From an uncultured bacterium (lineage in GTDB: Bacteria > Oederibacteriota > Oederibacteriia > Oederibacteriales > Oederibacteriaceae), in contig OZ218778.1 of the NCBI GenBank assembly GCA_965112635.1, positions 352,001 through 416,000 on the forward strand: 64,000 bases of DNA, read 5' to 3'. The position numbers and the translations under genes are program-made. Below the pieces are notes generated by a model. That model had not been told where the DNA came from. It did no database searches and saw only the letters and a program-made list of their open reading frames with translations. Shown here one piece after another: positions 10,245 through 19,000 of the stretch (the first letter of the stretch is position 1; each line of letters opens with the position of its first letter).

Positions 10245-11063
10245 TCAAATGTGTGGTTGGTTCTTCTTTTTTGCTGTTAATATAAAATGAGTCAGGTATG
10301 GACTATGGTTATAACCATATGATATTTCAGAATAGTCCCGATTTGCCCTTTCCTCCTCCCACCCCCACTTCTCAATATTAAATGCCAATTCGTCTTCCCA
10401 CAATATGACACCGTCATCAAGATCATTGCTTTTCACAAAATCCATGGCCTCAGTTTTTACGACAAGGTCTTTCCACCAAGCTGCTGAATGATATCTAGAG
10501 AATTCTTTTGGCCACAAATTAGTGCCATTGTCATATTCATTAGGAAGACTACCAAGTTCTTCGGGGAAAAATTCCCTGCTAAAACAAGGACTGCCGATGC
10601 CTAAACAGCCGCCAGGCTTTAAGGTTCGCAATAATTTCGTCATAAACTCTAAACTACCGCCAAAATAATGGATCGCGTCCATGCAAAAAATCGCGTCAAA
10701 ATATTCGGAAGCAAAAGGAATCGACTTAGTAATATCCAGGTTCAGTGGAATGACTTGTAAGCTTTGGTCTTTCTCTCTTGTGAATTGAAATATCTTCTCT
10801 GGAGAAACCCACAAATCTACCGCAAAAACATGTGCGTGGAATTTGCCGGCTAAATAACACGAGGTCAAGCCGTTCCCACAGCCAAGATCCAGAATCTTTG
10901 ATCCGGCCTGCAATTCCATTGATCTGCACATTTTCGTGGCCAGATAAAGCCCGCCCGGTCCCATTTTACCGTCGTAAATATCTTCTATGGAGTAATTAGA
11001 CAGTTCGGGATATTGACCTTTATCAATTCTTCGTAAGCGATTTAAAACCTCAGCGGTTTTAAT
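10245..11063 (-). CDS. Class I SAM-dependent methyltransferase, probable ATT start
   Basis: ILDLGCGNG, AVDLW, YFDAIFCMDAIHYFG. The frame stays open for 33 codons upstream of ATG 10964, to an ATT lying 8 nt after GAGGAG. Confidence 0.8.
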   Translation of the reverse strand: MKTAEVLNRLRRIDKGQYPELSNYSIEDIYDGKMGPGGLYLATKMCRSMELQAGSKILDLGCGNGLTSCYLAGKFHAHVFAVDLWVSPEKIFQFTREKDQSLQVIPLNLDITKSIPFASEYFDAIFCMDAIHYFGGSLEFMTKLLRTLKPGGCLGIGSPCFSREFFPEELGSLPNEYDNGTNLWPKEFSRYHSAAWWKDLVVKTEAMDFVKSNDLDDGVILWEDELAFNIEKWGWEEERANRDYSEISYGYNHSPYLTHFILTAKKKNQPHI

Positions 11064-11092
11064 GTTTGCAGCTCCTCTAATAAAAGTTTGCT

Positions 11093-11229
11093 GTGGACTT
11101 TCACTCTTTCACTATCGCCGCTACCCGGATAGCCCGTATGGGGCTGACTGGGCATTTGTTCTGGCAGATGCCGCACCCCACGCACAGGTCCGCGTCCACT
11201 TCCGGCCTCCGGACCCGCCTGGCTCCCGC
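11093..11229 (-). pseudogene. Orphan duplicate of the 3' end of the 4Fe-4S gene (12058-12194)
   Basis: 137 nt with 12 mismatches by manual count. Encodes AGARRVRRPEVDADLCVGCGICQNKCPVSPIRAIRVAAIVKE* with no start. Confidence 0.92.
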
Positions 11230-11253
11230 ATCGTAAGTATAGCTCTCTAAAAC

Positions 11254-11290
11254 AACAAAACCCCTGCTAACCCAAGCAGAGGTTTTGTTT
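11254..11290. terminator. Intrinsic terminator after the PIN module, possibly bidirectional
   Basis: AACAAAACCCCTGCT-loop-AGCAGAGGTTTTGTT inverted repeat with A/T tails. Confidence 0.7.
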
Positions 11291-11310
11291 CACACAAGTA
11301 AACACACCTA

Positions 11311-11484
11311 TCACCCTTGATGTTGTTGAAGTTTTCGCCAGAAATCTCCAAGCCTTCCTTCATTCGCCCCTTTTTGAAAATAGACAATTTTCTCATCAGC
11401 CGTCATGTCCTTTGTCTCCCGATATATTTTCTCCTGCGCCTTCCGCTTTAATTCAATACAATCAAAACTCTTTTTTACTGCCAA
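11311..11484 (-). CDS. Small protein downstream of the PIN toxin, putative antitoxin
   Basis: MAVKKSFDCIELKRKAQEKIY..., 57 aa from TTG 11484, abutting the PIN stop. Confidence 0.7.
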   Translation of the reverse strand: MAVKKSFDCIELKRKAQEKIYRETKDMTADEKIVYFQKGANEGRLGDFWRKLQQHQG

Positions 11485-11485
11485 T

Positions 11486-11947
11486 TTAATCACGGCCCAG
11501 CACCTCCCTAGGTGTAACAATACTTAAAAGAGCATACCCTTTTTTAAGATTAACCTCGTTATATAAACGCATCTTCTCTAAATTAACAATGTGTTTGAAA
11601 TTCCACGAAACGATCGCATCAGCCTGATAAATAGTAGCGCAAGCTACATGGCCCGCGTCTGTCTCTGACTTTAAGGTTAATATCCCCGCTTTAATATAAC
11701 CTTCACTCAATTTTTCAACTTCCTTTGTAAAAATTACCCTTTCAAAACTCTGAATTGGAATCCTTTGAAATATGTTTTGTATATAATCTGGTGCATCCCT
11801 TAATTCATTAATAACCAAATCGCTGATCAAAACTTTATATTTCCCAGATGCAATACTATCCAGCAAACGCAGGGATTCCTCGGCAAACTCCTTATCAAAA
11901 CATCCCCCGAAAATTGAAGTGTCCAAATAGATCCGTAATGGTTTCAT
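11486..11947 (-). CDS. PIN-domain (VapC-like) toxin
   Basis: IYLDTSIFGGCFD, ISDLVINEL, DAGHVACA, IVSWNFKHIVN. Low GC. Confidence 0.9.
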   Translation of the reverse strand: MKPLRIYLDTSIFGGCFDKEFAEESLRLLDSIASGKYKVLISDLVINELRDAPDYIQNIFQRIPIQSFERVIFTKEVEKLSEGYIKAGILTLKSETDAGHVACATIYQADAIVSWNFKHIVNLEKMRLYNEVNLKKGYALLSIVTPREVLGRD

Positions 11948-12065
11948 GTATTAACAATACCATATCAAACTTGCCCCATAAAGATTGAAGTTCAGGACTA
12001 TTCCCATATATGAAAAGTACCTAAAAAGGTGCCGGGCTTGGATCTTTAAAGGTTGTCGTGGACTT

Positions 12066-13628
12066 TCACTCTTTCACTATCGCCGCTACCCGGATAGCCC
12101 GCATGGGGCTTACCGGGCATTTGTTCTGGCAGATGCCGCACCCTACACACAGGTTCGCATCCACTTCAGGTCTCCTAACTCGCCTGGCTCCCGCCTTGCC
12201 CACTTTTTTAATAGCCTTGTCCGGGATGGGACAGTGTTCTTCACACACCAGGCACTCTTTGTTTTCCGCCCAGGCCAGGCAGATATCGCGGTCCACCATG
12301 GCCAGGCCAAGTTTGGTCTTTTCCTTGACCTCCAGCTCCAGGGCCGGGATGGCGCCCGTGGGGCACACCTGGCCGCACAGGTTGCATTCGTATTCGCAAT
12401 AGCCTATTTCCGGTACCAGCCTGGGAGTCCAGATGCCCTCTACCCCTGACTGCATCGCCGTGGGCTGCAATCCGTTGGTGATGCAGACCTTCATACAGTT
12501 GCCGCAGCGAACGCAGCGCTCTTTAAATTCGCTTTCTTTGAGCGCCGCGGGAGGACGGATCACCCCGCCCTCCTGGAACTTCCAAAAAGTTTTCAGCTGA
12601 GGTTTTTCTTTGACCTTGAGAAACTGAGCTGCCCAGCTGACAGAAGATAAGGATAAAAGTGAGGTGGTTGAGAGAAAAAGAAAATTAGCCCGGGTAAGTT
12701 TTGGGCCGCTTTGCTCTTCAGGGATTTTTTTCTGTTTTTTCCCAACACGGGAAAATGTAAAGCGGGTGACATCCTGGGGACAATCATATAAACAGTCCAT
12801 GCACAGGATGCACTCTCCCTTGGTGTAGTTACCGTCGTCATGGATGGCGCCCATCCGGCACTTTTTTTTGCATATCTTGCACCCGATACATTTACCCACG
12901 CTCCGTTCCAGCCAGGAAAACCTGGCTGTCAGACCATAGACAGCTCCCAGGGGGCACAAGGTTCGGCACCACAGCCTGGGTAGGACTAGGGCTGCTCCGG
13001 CAATGACCAGAAAAAAAAGAAAAATATAAAATGAACTGGAAAAATAATAAGGGGTGATCCCAAGTAAACTGTTCTTGAGCTGGCGGTAAAAGTCGTAGAC
13101 CGCGCCTGTCAGGTGCAGATCCCTAACCAGAAACATAAAAAACCTGTCCAGCCCAACTGTGGCCGTGGGGATGAGGTTGAGCGAGACAAACCTAGCCATG
13201 ATGGCCATGGGGTCCAAGACCCACGCCGCCTGGATACCGCCAAGGGCCAGGGTGAAAATAACCCCCGTGACAAATATTTTTATCCACCTCAACTTACGGT
13301 TAGTGGAGTCTCCGAGGCCCGGACCGGTCAATTTGGTTTTTTTGAATATCCTCACCCCGTCCAGGGTCGCTCCCAAAGGGCATATCCAGCCGCAGAAAAA
13401 CCTACCCAGCACTAGGGTGGCCAGGAGCATCAATATGGAAAAGATAAGGCCAGGCAACAGGATCCGTTCAGCCAGGGCCGTAAAAAGCATGACTGACGGG
13501 TTTATCTTGAAAAAAAGATCAGAGGGCAAACTTCCGTGCAGAGGATAGGTCGTGGACCAGAGTATATACACGAACAGGGCAAAGAAAAAGGCCTGCGACA
13601 GCCTTCGCACCATGATCCATGTTCGCAT
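12066..13628 (-). CDS. Membrane polyferredoxin (NapH/MauN-like fused to a MauM/NapG-like domain)
   Basis: GRFFCGWICP, WCRTLCP, several CxxCxxCxxxCP motifs, IRPPAA, TM helices. Confidence 0.9.
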   Translation of the reverse strand: MRTWIMVRRLSQAFFFALFVYILWSTTYPLHGSLPSDLFFKINPSVMLFTALAERILLPGLIFSILMLLATLVLGRFFCGWICPLGATLDGVRIFKKTKLTGPGLGDSTNRKLRWIKIFVTGVIFTLALGGIQAAWVLDPMAIMARFVSLNLIPTATVGLDRFFMFLVRDLHLTGAVYDFYRQLKNSLLGITPYYFSSSFYIFLFFLVIAGAALVLPRLWCRTLCPLGAVYGLTARFSWLERSVGKCIGCKICKKKCRMGAIHDDGNYTKGECILCMDCLYDCPQDVTRFTFSRVGKKQKKIPEEQSGPKLTRANFLFLSTTSLLSLSSVSWAAQFLKVKEKPQLKTFWKFQEGGVIRPPAALKESEFKERCVRCGNCMKVCITNGLQPTAMQSGVEGIWTPRLVPEIGYCEYECNLCGQVCPTGAIPALELEVKEKTKLGLAMVDRDICLAWAENKECLVCEEHCPIPDKAIKKVGKAGARRVRRPEVDANLCVGCGICQNKCPVSPMRAIRVAAIVKE

Positions 13629-13643
13629 GTAAAAAACGCTCCG

Positions 13644-14627
13644 TTAAACCTTTATCTGTTTGATCTTGGCGTTGGCCAGGTCTGAATTGCCGAACCCCCG
13701 GCTGATGGCTTCCTTCACATAAGGGACCTTTTGGTGGTCCACTCCCGCAACTTTGCAGGCATACATGTCGCAAAGGGTCGGGTCTGTTCCGGCGATCAGG
13801 GTCTTTAAAAGTTTGACGTCCTCAAGATCACCGCCGCTTGGCCCATGGTTGGTCAGATAGCGGTAACCATCGATGACGGTCAGATCCGGCTTGATGAAAT
13901 CGGTCATGTCCACCAGCTTCTTTCCTATCTGATTGTGGATCTTGCCGCGCACATCCGAGCAAATACCCATGAGATTTTTCATTGAAAGGGTCAACTTGGT
14001 ACCGCCGTGATGCTTCAGGATGGGAACATTGATGAACACATCGCACTCCACCGCGTCTCTATAGACCGGCCAGCCCTCCATGAGACTGTCATAGCTGAAA
14101 TGAGCCTTGACAGTGTTCCAGTTGTCCACCAAATACACCTTGGCCCCTTGGGCTTCGGCCGCTTTTTGGATACCGCTGTTGGCATAGCAGCGCCTGGGCG
14201 AGTTGCAGGTATTGTCAAATACATTGACCCGGCTGGCTCCGGCCTCAAAACACATGGCCACAATGGCCGCGACCACGTCCGGGTTGGTGTTGGCCGCCTG
14301 CTCGGGCGTGCGGTCCCAGCCGATATTGGGCTTGACCACCACGACATCGCCTTTTTTGACGAACAACCCCATCCCGCCCAGAGCTTCGATGGCTTTGTGG
14401 GCCATCTGTCCCGGGTCATCGCCCTGGGCCACGACCAGGTCATGGTTGCCTTTGACACCCGACGCTTTCCTGCCGTTGGAAGGAGTGGACTCGGCCAAAG
14501 CCCTCCTGGTCAGCCACGAGGGCAGCAATAGGGTTACTAAACCGGTCAGGCTCGCCGTAATAAAGGAACGACGGGACATTTTGCGATACCTGAAGACCTT
14601 TTTAACTAATTTTATGATTTTCTCCAC
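13644..14627 (-). CDS. DUF362-domain Fe-S protein with a Tat signal
   Basis: SRRSFI twin-arginine motif, VVVKPNIGWDR, NTNPDVV, INVPILKHH, MKNLMG. GTG 14627 follows GGGAGG; ATG 14579 is an alternative start. Confidence 0.88.
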   Translation of the reverse strand: MEKIIKLVKKVFRYRKMSRRSFITASLTGLVTLLLPSWLTRRALAESTPSNGRKASGVKGNHDLVVAQGDDPGQMAHKAIEALGGMGLFVKKGDVVVVKPNIGWDRTPEQAANTNPDVVAAIVAMCFEAGASRVNVFDNTCNSPRRCYANSGIQKAAEAQGAKVYLVDNWNTVKAHFSYDSLMEGWPVYRDAVECDVFINVPILKHHGGTKLTLSMKNLMGICSDVRGKIHNQIGKKLVDMTDFIKPDLTVIDGYRYLTNHGPSGGDLEDVKLLKTLIAGTDPTLCDMYACKVAGVDHQKVPYVKEAISRGFGNSDLANAKIKQIKV

Positions 14628-14836
14628 TCGTGCCTCCCTTTTTGGCATAAATGCATAGAACTTTCTAAATATTAGCAAAAAAACACGGCCTCGTCTCTTT
14701 TGTTTCGTATCAAAGTGTATCAATCATCACTTTTCACTTATTGACTGATAAAATGTTTTTACAGCCTTGTTATAAAGAATACCCTCCCCTATAATTATTG
14801 AAGATTCTGTATCTGATATTATTTAACAATCGGGAA

Positions 14837-14864
14837 GGAACTTCCTTGCCCTCTAGTTGTCTAA
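14837..14864 (+). promoter_or_regulatory. ECF (RpoE/AlgU-type) promoter
   Basis: GGAACTT-N15-GTCTAA (GAACTT-N16-TCTAA), ending 39 nt upstream of ATG 14904. Confidence 0.7.
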
Positions 14865-14903
14865 TAAAAGCTAGATATTAGACCCTCTTTTAAAGGAATA
14901 TAC

Positions 14904-17900
14904 ATGCAAGAAAAAGGCCAAACAAACTTTTTCCTTATAACCAGAAAGATCATCCTCTCCTTTATTTTTCTTACTGTTTTTCTGCTTGTGGCTGCCTTGA
15001 CCAGTTGGGGCCAGCAGGTCACAGGCATCGCGGTCCACGGCCCCTACAGCGGCCAGACTATCCTGACTTGGAATGAAGTGGATTCGCCAGTTACCTCGTA
15101 TATTAATCAGGGCCAGTTGGAAGGCCTCCTCCAGTATGGGCTGACTTCTACCCCAGTCGTGACCTACAATATTTACCGTTCTCTTTCACAAATTATCTCG
15201 GTCAATGCCTTGACCCCTTTCGCCACAGGAGTTCCACAACTCACGGGTTGGAACTACGAATACATTTCCAATACGGACGTCAATGGCTGTTACAACGCCA
15301 GCTCGCCGGCTCCTTTATTTGTTGTGGATGAAGGGCCAGGCAACATGACACCGCAGTCTCCCGTCACTCCAGGAACAGGTGTTTATGCCAATAACCCTGC
15401 TACAGCTGGGCAGGCCTATTATGCGATCACTGTGTCAACCGCTGGGGTAGAAAATAAGACCATTACTGTCGGCCAAAACTCTTTGGCTAGCCCGGTCAGT
15501 GAAACGGTCGGACAGGGCGACCCCATTCTTCAAAGCATCACTGCCGAAACGAACTGGAATTATGTTGCTGCTGATACCTGTTATGCCTATGCCAGGTGGG
15601 AGACCTTTCCCAATAGTTCCATAGCAAGCCACCCCATGAATTATGCTCTGCGAGTGCCCCAAGGAACATCTTTCCCGGCTCCTCTGGGGATAAACCTGCA
15701 TTGTTGGGGGGCCTGTGTCAACGACCCCTGTTTTTATCCTCCCAATGTGGGCGCAGCCAGTACCACCCCTCCGCATCTATCAATGCTTGTTAGTTCCAAT
15801 GAAGATCCCTATGACTGGTGGACGGGATATCATGAGCTGTATTATAGCGGGTCGAGCAGTCCCAGCTGGGCCACCAATGGTGTAGTCCATGATTATTCCG
15901 AACAGAGGATGTTATCTATTTACGATTGGATCACCGCCAATTGGAACGGTGGAGGGAAAGTAGATTCAACTAGGGGATTCATCGCTGGAGTATCTATGGG
16001 CGGCTCAGGAACAGCCATGTTGATGTTGCGTTATCCTGACCGGTTTGCCTGGGCCTATTCCAGCGTGGGAGTCCATATTCCTTTATTATCCCCAACTTTT
16101 GAGGGTTCTTACGCGGGTGTGTATGGCGACCCTACCTGGAATGTTCTATACCAGAGCCTGACCACCACGCCTCATATCAGGGCCTTTGACTATTTTGACG
16201 ACACCTGGTTCCTGGCCAACAACCCCCAGCAAGAGATAGGTTATATGTGCTTTGCCAATGGAAAAAATGATGGAGCTATTGGTTGGAACCAGTCCTGGTT
16301 ATACCTGCAGGCTATGAAAGCCGCCAAGATACCTTTTATTTTTTATTGGACTCAGAATGGACATAGCACACGAGCCTGCGGGCCCTATCCTAGTGCCGCT
16401 AATAATATGGCGTTGGATTTACAAAACAACCAGAGCCTGCCGGCCTTTAATAACTGCAGTCTGGATGATGATCCGGGGGACGGGGTTTGCGACGGCAGCG
16501 GCAGCGGCCTCAACGGCGGGACTCACGGAGCACCGGTGGGGGCTATTAATGGCTGGCTTAACTGGAATCCGGCCACGATCATAGATACCGCCGGTTCCTG
16601 GCAAATGGATATAGGCATGGTGACCGCGGCTCAAGGCCTGACCTGGGCGGCCAACTGCACCGTGGACCTGACCCCGCGGAGATTACAGCACTTTAGCGTC
16701 AGCCCTGCACAGTGTTTTAACTGGACCAATACAGACCTGAATTCCAGCACGGTAGTCCAGTCAGGAACGACCGCAGCCGATGCCAATGGCCATATCACCA
16801 TCACCGGCCTCATTCTCAAAAACCAGATCGCCAACGAGAACAGGATCAATATCTTTCCGCGGCCAGTGTGCGCCTCTCCCACGAACTCACCCTCTCCGAC
16901 CATGACCTACACGGCCGGGCCCTCGCAGACCGGCACTGCCACCTATTCCGCGACTCCTACGACCACTCAAACCACTACCATTACTCAAACCGCCTCAGCC
17001 ACCCCGACCTATACTGCCGGGCCCAGCCAGACCGGGACAAACACCAGTACTTCTACTTGTACTTTCACGGCGACCGCTGCCTGCGTGCAGTTCCTGGCTG
17101 ATTGCAAGATCGCAGAAGTTCCCAATGGAAATACCAACGGCAAAGTGGTCAATCCCACTGTAGGGTTTTCAGGCACGGTTGTGATAAATGGTACTGGCTC
17201 CATCACCTTTAACCCCTTTGAACCGGTAGGGAGCCCTACGGATGGGTTCTTTTGCGGGGTGGGCGGAGTTAACAACCAATCAGGATACTGGAACTGGTCT
17301 GGGGCCCAGGTAGGTAATATTTTCAATCCCAACGGCGGAGATGTTATTTTTTATTGGAAATCCTACGCCAGTCTTGCCCAGCGGAATACAGATAACAGAA
17401 CAGGATGGTGTTTTGGCGTCACAGACGATGGAACGAGAACAATATGGCGCATTGAAGTGACCCCGGGCGGTGGTTTTTGTACTATAACCTGGCAAGCAAA
17501 TAGCACTGGCGCCAATCAAGTCTTTGACACTACCTATACCGTCAATGCTGGAGAAATAGCAAAATTTAGATTATCGTGGACAGCTACAACGCAAACACTC
17601 TACATAAACGATATTTTAATTCAAACTGGCGCCACGACTGCCTACACTCCCAGTTGGGGCCCATCATCACAGTTTAATATCGGGGCGTCAGCTGGTGATA
17701 ATGGCTTTTCGGGCTGGAAAGCCTGCAATGATACTGTTGCCGACCTCCAGGTCAATGCCACTTGCGCGGGAAACACTAACACTCCCACTTTGACGGCTAC
17801 TTTGACCGGGACAGCCAGTCCGACAGCCACTCCCACCTTGACCTACACAGTCGGCCCCAGCCAGACGGCCACAGCGACTCCCACCATCACCACTACAGGC

Positions 17901-18752
17901 ACCGCGACCTGTACCGCCACGGTCACGGCATCGTCCAGCAGCACCGGAACCAGGACTTTCACTGGCACAGTCACAGTGACCCCTTCTCTTACCCTGACTC
18001 CCAGTTCTACGAATACCATCACCCAGACCCCGACTTCCAGCACAACCGCGACGGCCACCCAGACCAGCACGCAGACTCTGACTCCCAGTCAGACCCTTAC
18101 GGCCACGGCGACTCCCACCCGGACCAATACGGCCACCCAGTCCGCTACCTTTACCCAAACCCTGACCTCCAGCCAGACCTATACCATCACTCAGACTTTT
18201 ACTTCTACCGCGACCCCCAGCCAGACCTATACTTTTACCCAAACCGCCACCTTTACTCAGACTTCAACCCCCAGTCAAACCTTGACTCCTTCTAACACCG
18301 TGACTCCTTCCCTGACTGTGACCTCGAGCAACACCCTGACCTCCAGCCTTACCTTTACCAGCTCACCCACTTGTTCACCCACGGCCAGCGCACCCCTATG
18401 GATCGTGCAGCATGTTCCTTATCCCAACCCGGTCAGGGACATCAACGGTGGCATGAAAATTTACATCAGGATGACAGATGTGCCGGACCGCATATCCTTC
18501 CGAATTCACACAACAGCCATGCGGATGATCTGGGCTTCATCGGTAATAAGCCCGGCTGACTCCCCCTGGCTCCAGATCGAATATGATGGAGGGGTGGCGC
18601 TGTTTACTTATACGCTGCCTTACAATCTTAAGGATATGCACAACGTTGCCTTGGCCAACGGCATGTACTATTACACCATCACTGCCAACACCATGTCCGG
18701 TAAGAACAGCCGACAGGCCAGAGTGATAGGAAAATTTGTGATCACAAGATGA
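14904..18752 (+). CDS. Large secreted modular protein: alpha/beta-hydrolase, shared Cys-bounded beta domain, Thr-rich stalk, YPNP C-terminal domain
   Basis: Signal peptide, nucleophile elbow GVSMGG, T-x-T-x tracts, C-terminal VPYPNPVRD...LANGMYYY...GKFVITR. Confidence 0.8.
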   Translation: MQEKGQTNFFLITRKIILSFIFLTVFLLVAALTSWGQQVTGIAVHGPYSGQTILTWNEVDSPVTSYINQGQLEGLLQYGLTSTPVVTYNIYRSLSQIISVNALTPFATGVPQLTGWNYEYISNTDVNGCYNASSPAPLFVVDEGPGNMTPQSPVTPGTGVYANNPATAGQAYYAITVSTAGVENKTITVGQNSLASPVSETVGQGDPILQSITAETNWNYVAADTCYAYARWETFPNSSIASHPMNYALRVPQGTSFPAPLGINLHCWGACVNDPCFYPPNVGAASTTPPHLSMLVSSNEDPYDWWTGYHELYYSGSSSPSWATNGVVHDYSEQRMLSIYDWITANWNGGGKVDSTRGFIAGVSMGGSGTAMLMLRYPDRFAWAYSSVGVHIPLLSPTFEGSYAGVYGDPTWNVLYQSLTTTPHIRAFDYFDDTWFLANNPQQEIGYMCFANGKNDGAIGWNQSWLYLQAMKAAKIPFIFYWTQNGHSTRACGPYPSAANNMALDLQNNQSLPAFNNCSLDDDPGDGVCDGSGSGLNGGTHGAPVGAINGWLNWNPATIIDTAGSWQMDIGMVTAAQGLTWAANCTVDLTPRRLQHFSVSPAQCFNWTNTDLNSSTVVQSGTTAADANGHITITGLILKNQIANENRINIFPRPVCASPTNSPSPTMTYTAGPSQTGTATYSATPTTTQTTTITQTASATPTYTAGPSQTGTNTSTSTCTFTATAACVQFLADCKIAEVPNGNTNGKVVNPTVGFSGTVVINGTGSITFNPFEPVGSPTDGFFCGVGGVNNQSGYWNWSGAQVGNIFNPNGGDVIFYWKSYASLAQRNTDNRTGWCFGVTDDGTRTIWRIEVTPGGGFCTITWQANSTGANQVFDTTYTVNAGEIAKFRLSWTATTQTLYINDILIQTGATTAYTPSWGPSSQFNIGASAGDNGFSGWKACNDTVADLQVNATCAGNTNTPTLTATLTGTASPTATPTLTYTVGPSQTATATPTITTTGTATCTATVTASSSSTGTRTFTGTVTVTPSLTLTPSSTNTITQTPTSSTTATATQTSTQTLTPSQTLTATATPTRTNTATQSATFTQTLTSSQTYTITQTFTSTATPSQTYTFTQTATFTQTSTPSQTLTPSNTVTPSLTVTSSNTLTSSLTFTSSPTCSPTASAPLWIVQHVPYPNPVRDINGGMKIYIRMTDVPDRISFRIHTTAMRMIWASSVISPADSPWLQIEYDGGVALFTYTLPYNLKDMHNVALANGMYYYTITANTMSGKNSRQARVIGKFVITR

Positions 18753-18819
18753 CCCGTAGCCGGATGGATGGATTTGGATTGCAATAACTTTGATGCAGGG
18801 CCGTGGACCCTGTAGTGCA

Positions 18820-18867
18820 AGCGGTCATACACAGAATAAAGCATTAAAAATATCAATAATTAAATAG
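18820..18867 (+). pseudogene. Orphan 3' end of a paralog of the 19001-22633 gene
   Basis: Encodes SGHTQNKALKISIIK* versus SGQTQKKALKISIIK* at 22586-22633. Differences fall at third codon positions. Confidence 0.8.
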
Positions 18868-19000
18868 GAATTTGAACTAACTGCCACTCCCTCTTAAAAA
18901 CTATAAAAAACCCCTTCCCTGGTACCCGAAAAACCAAATAAATTCCTCTAAAGCTAATCATTTAAATATTTTTTGCTACAATGGGCTTCTAGGAGAGCGT

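Noticed and set aside
18750-18867. Stop-codon read-through joining gene 14904 to the downstream tail
   Set aside because: The tail is in a different frame from the gene, and its own frame has a TAG at 18757.
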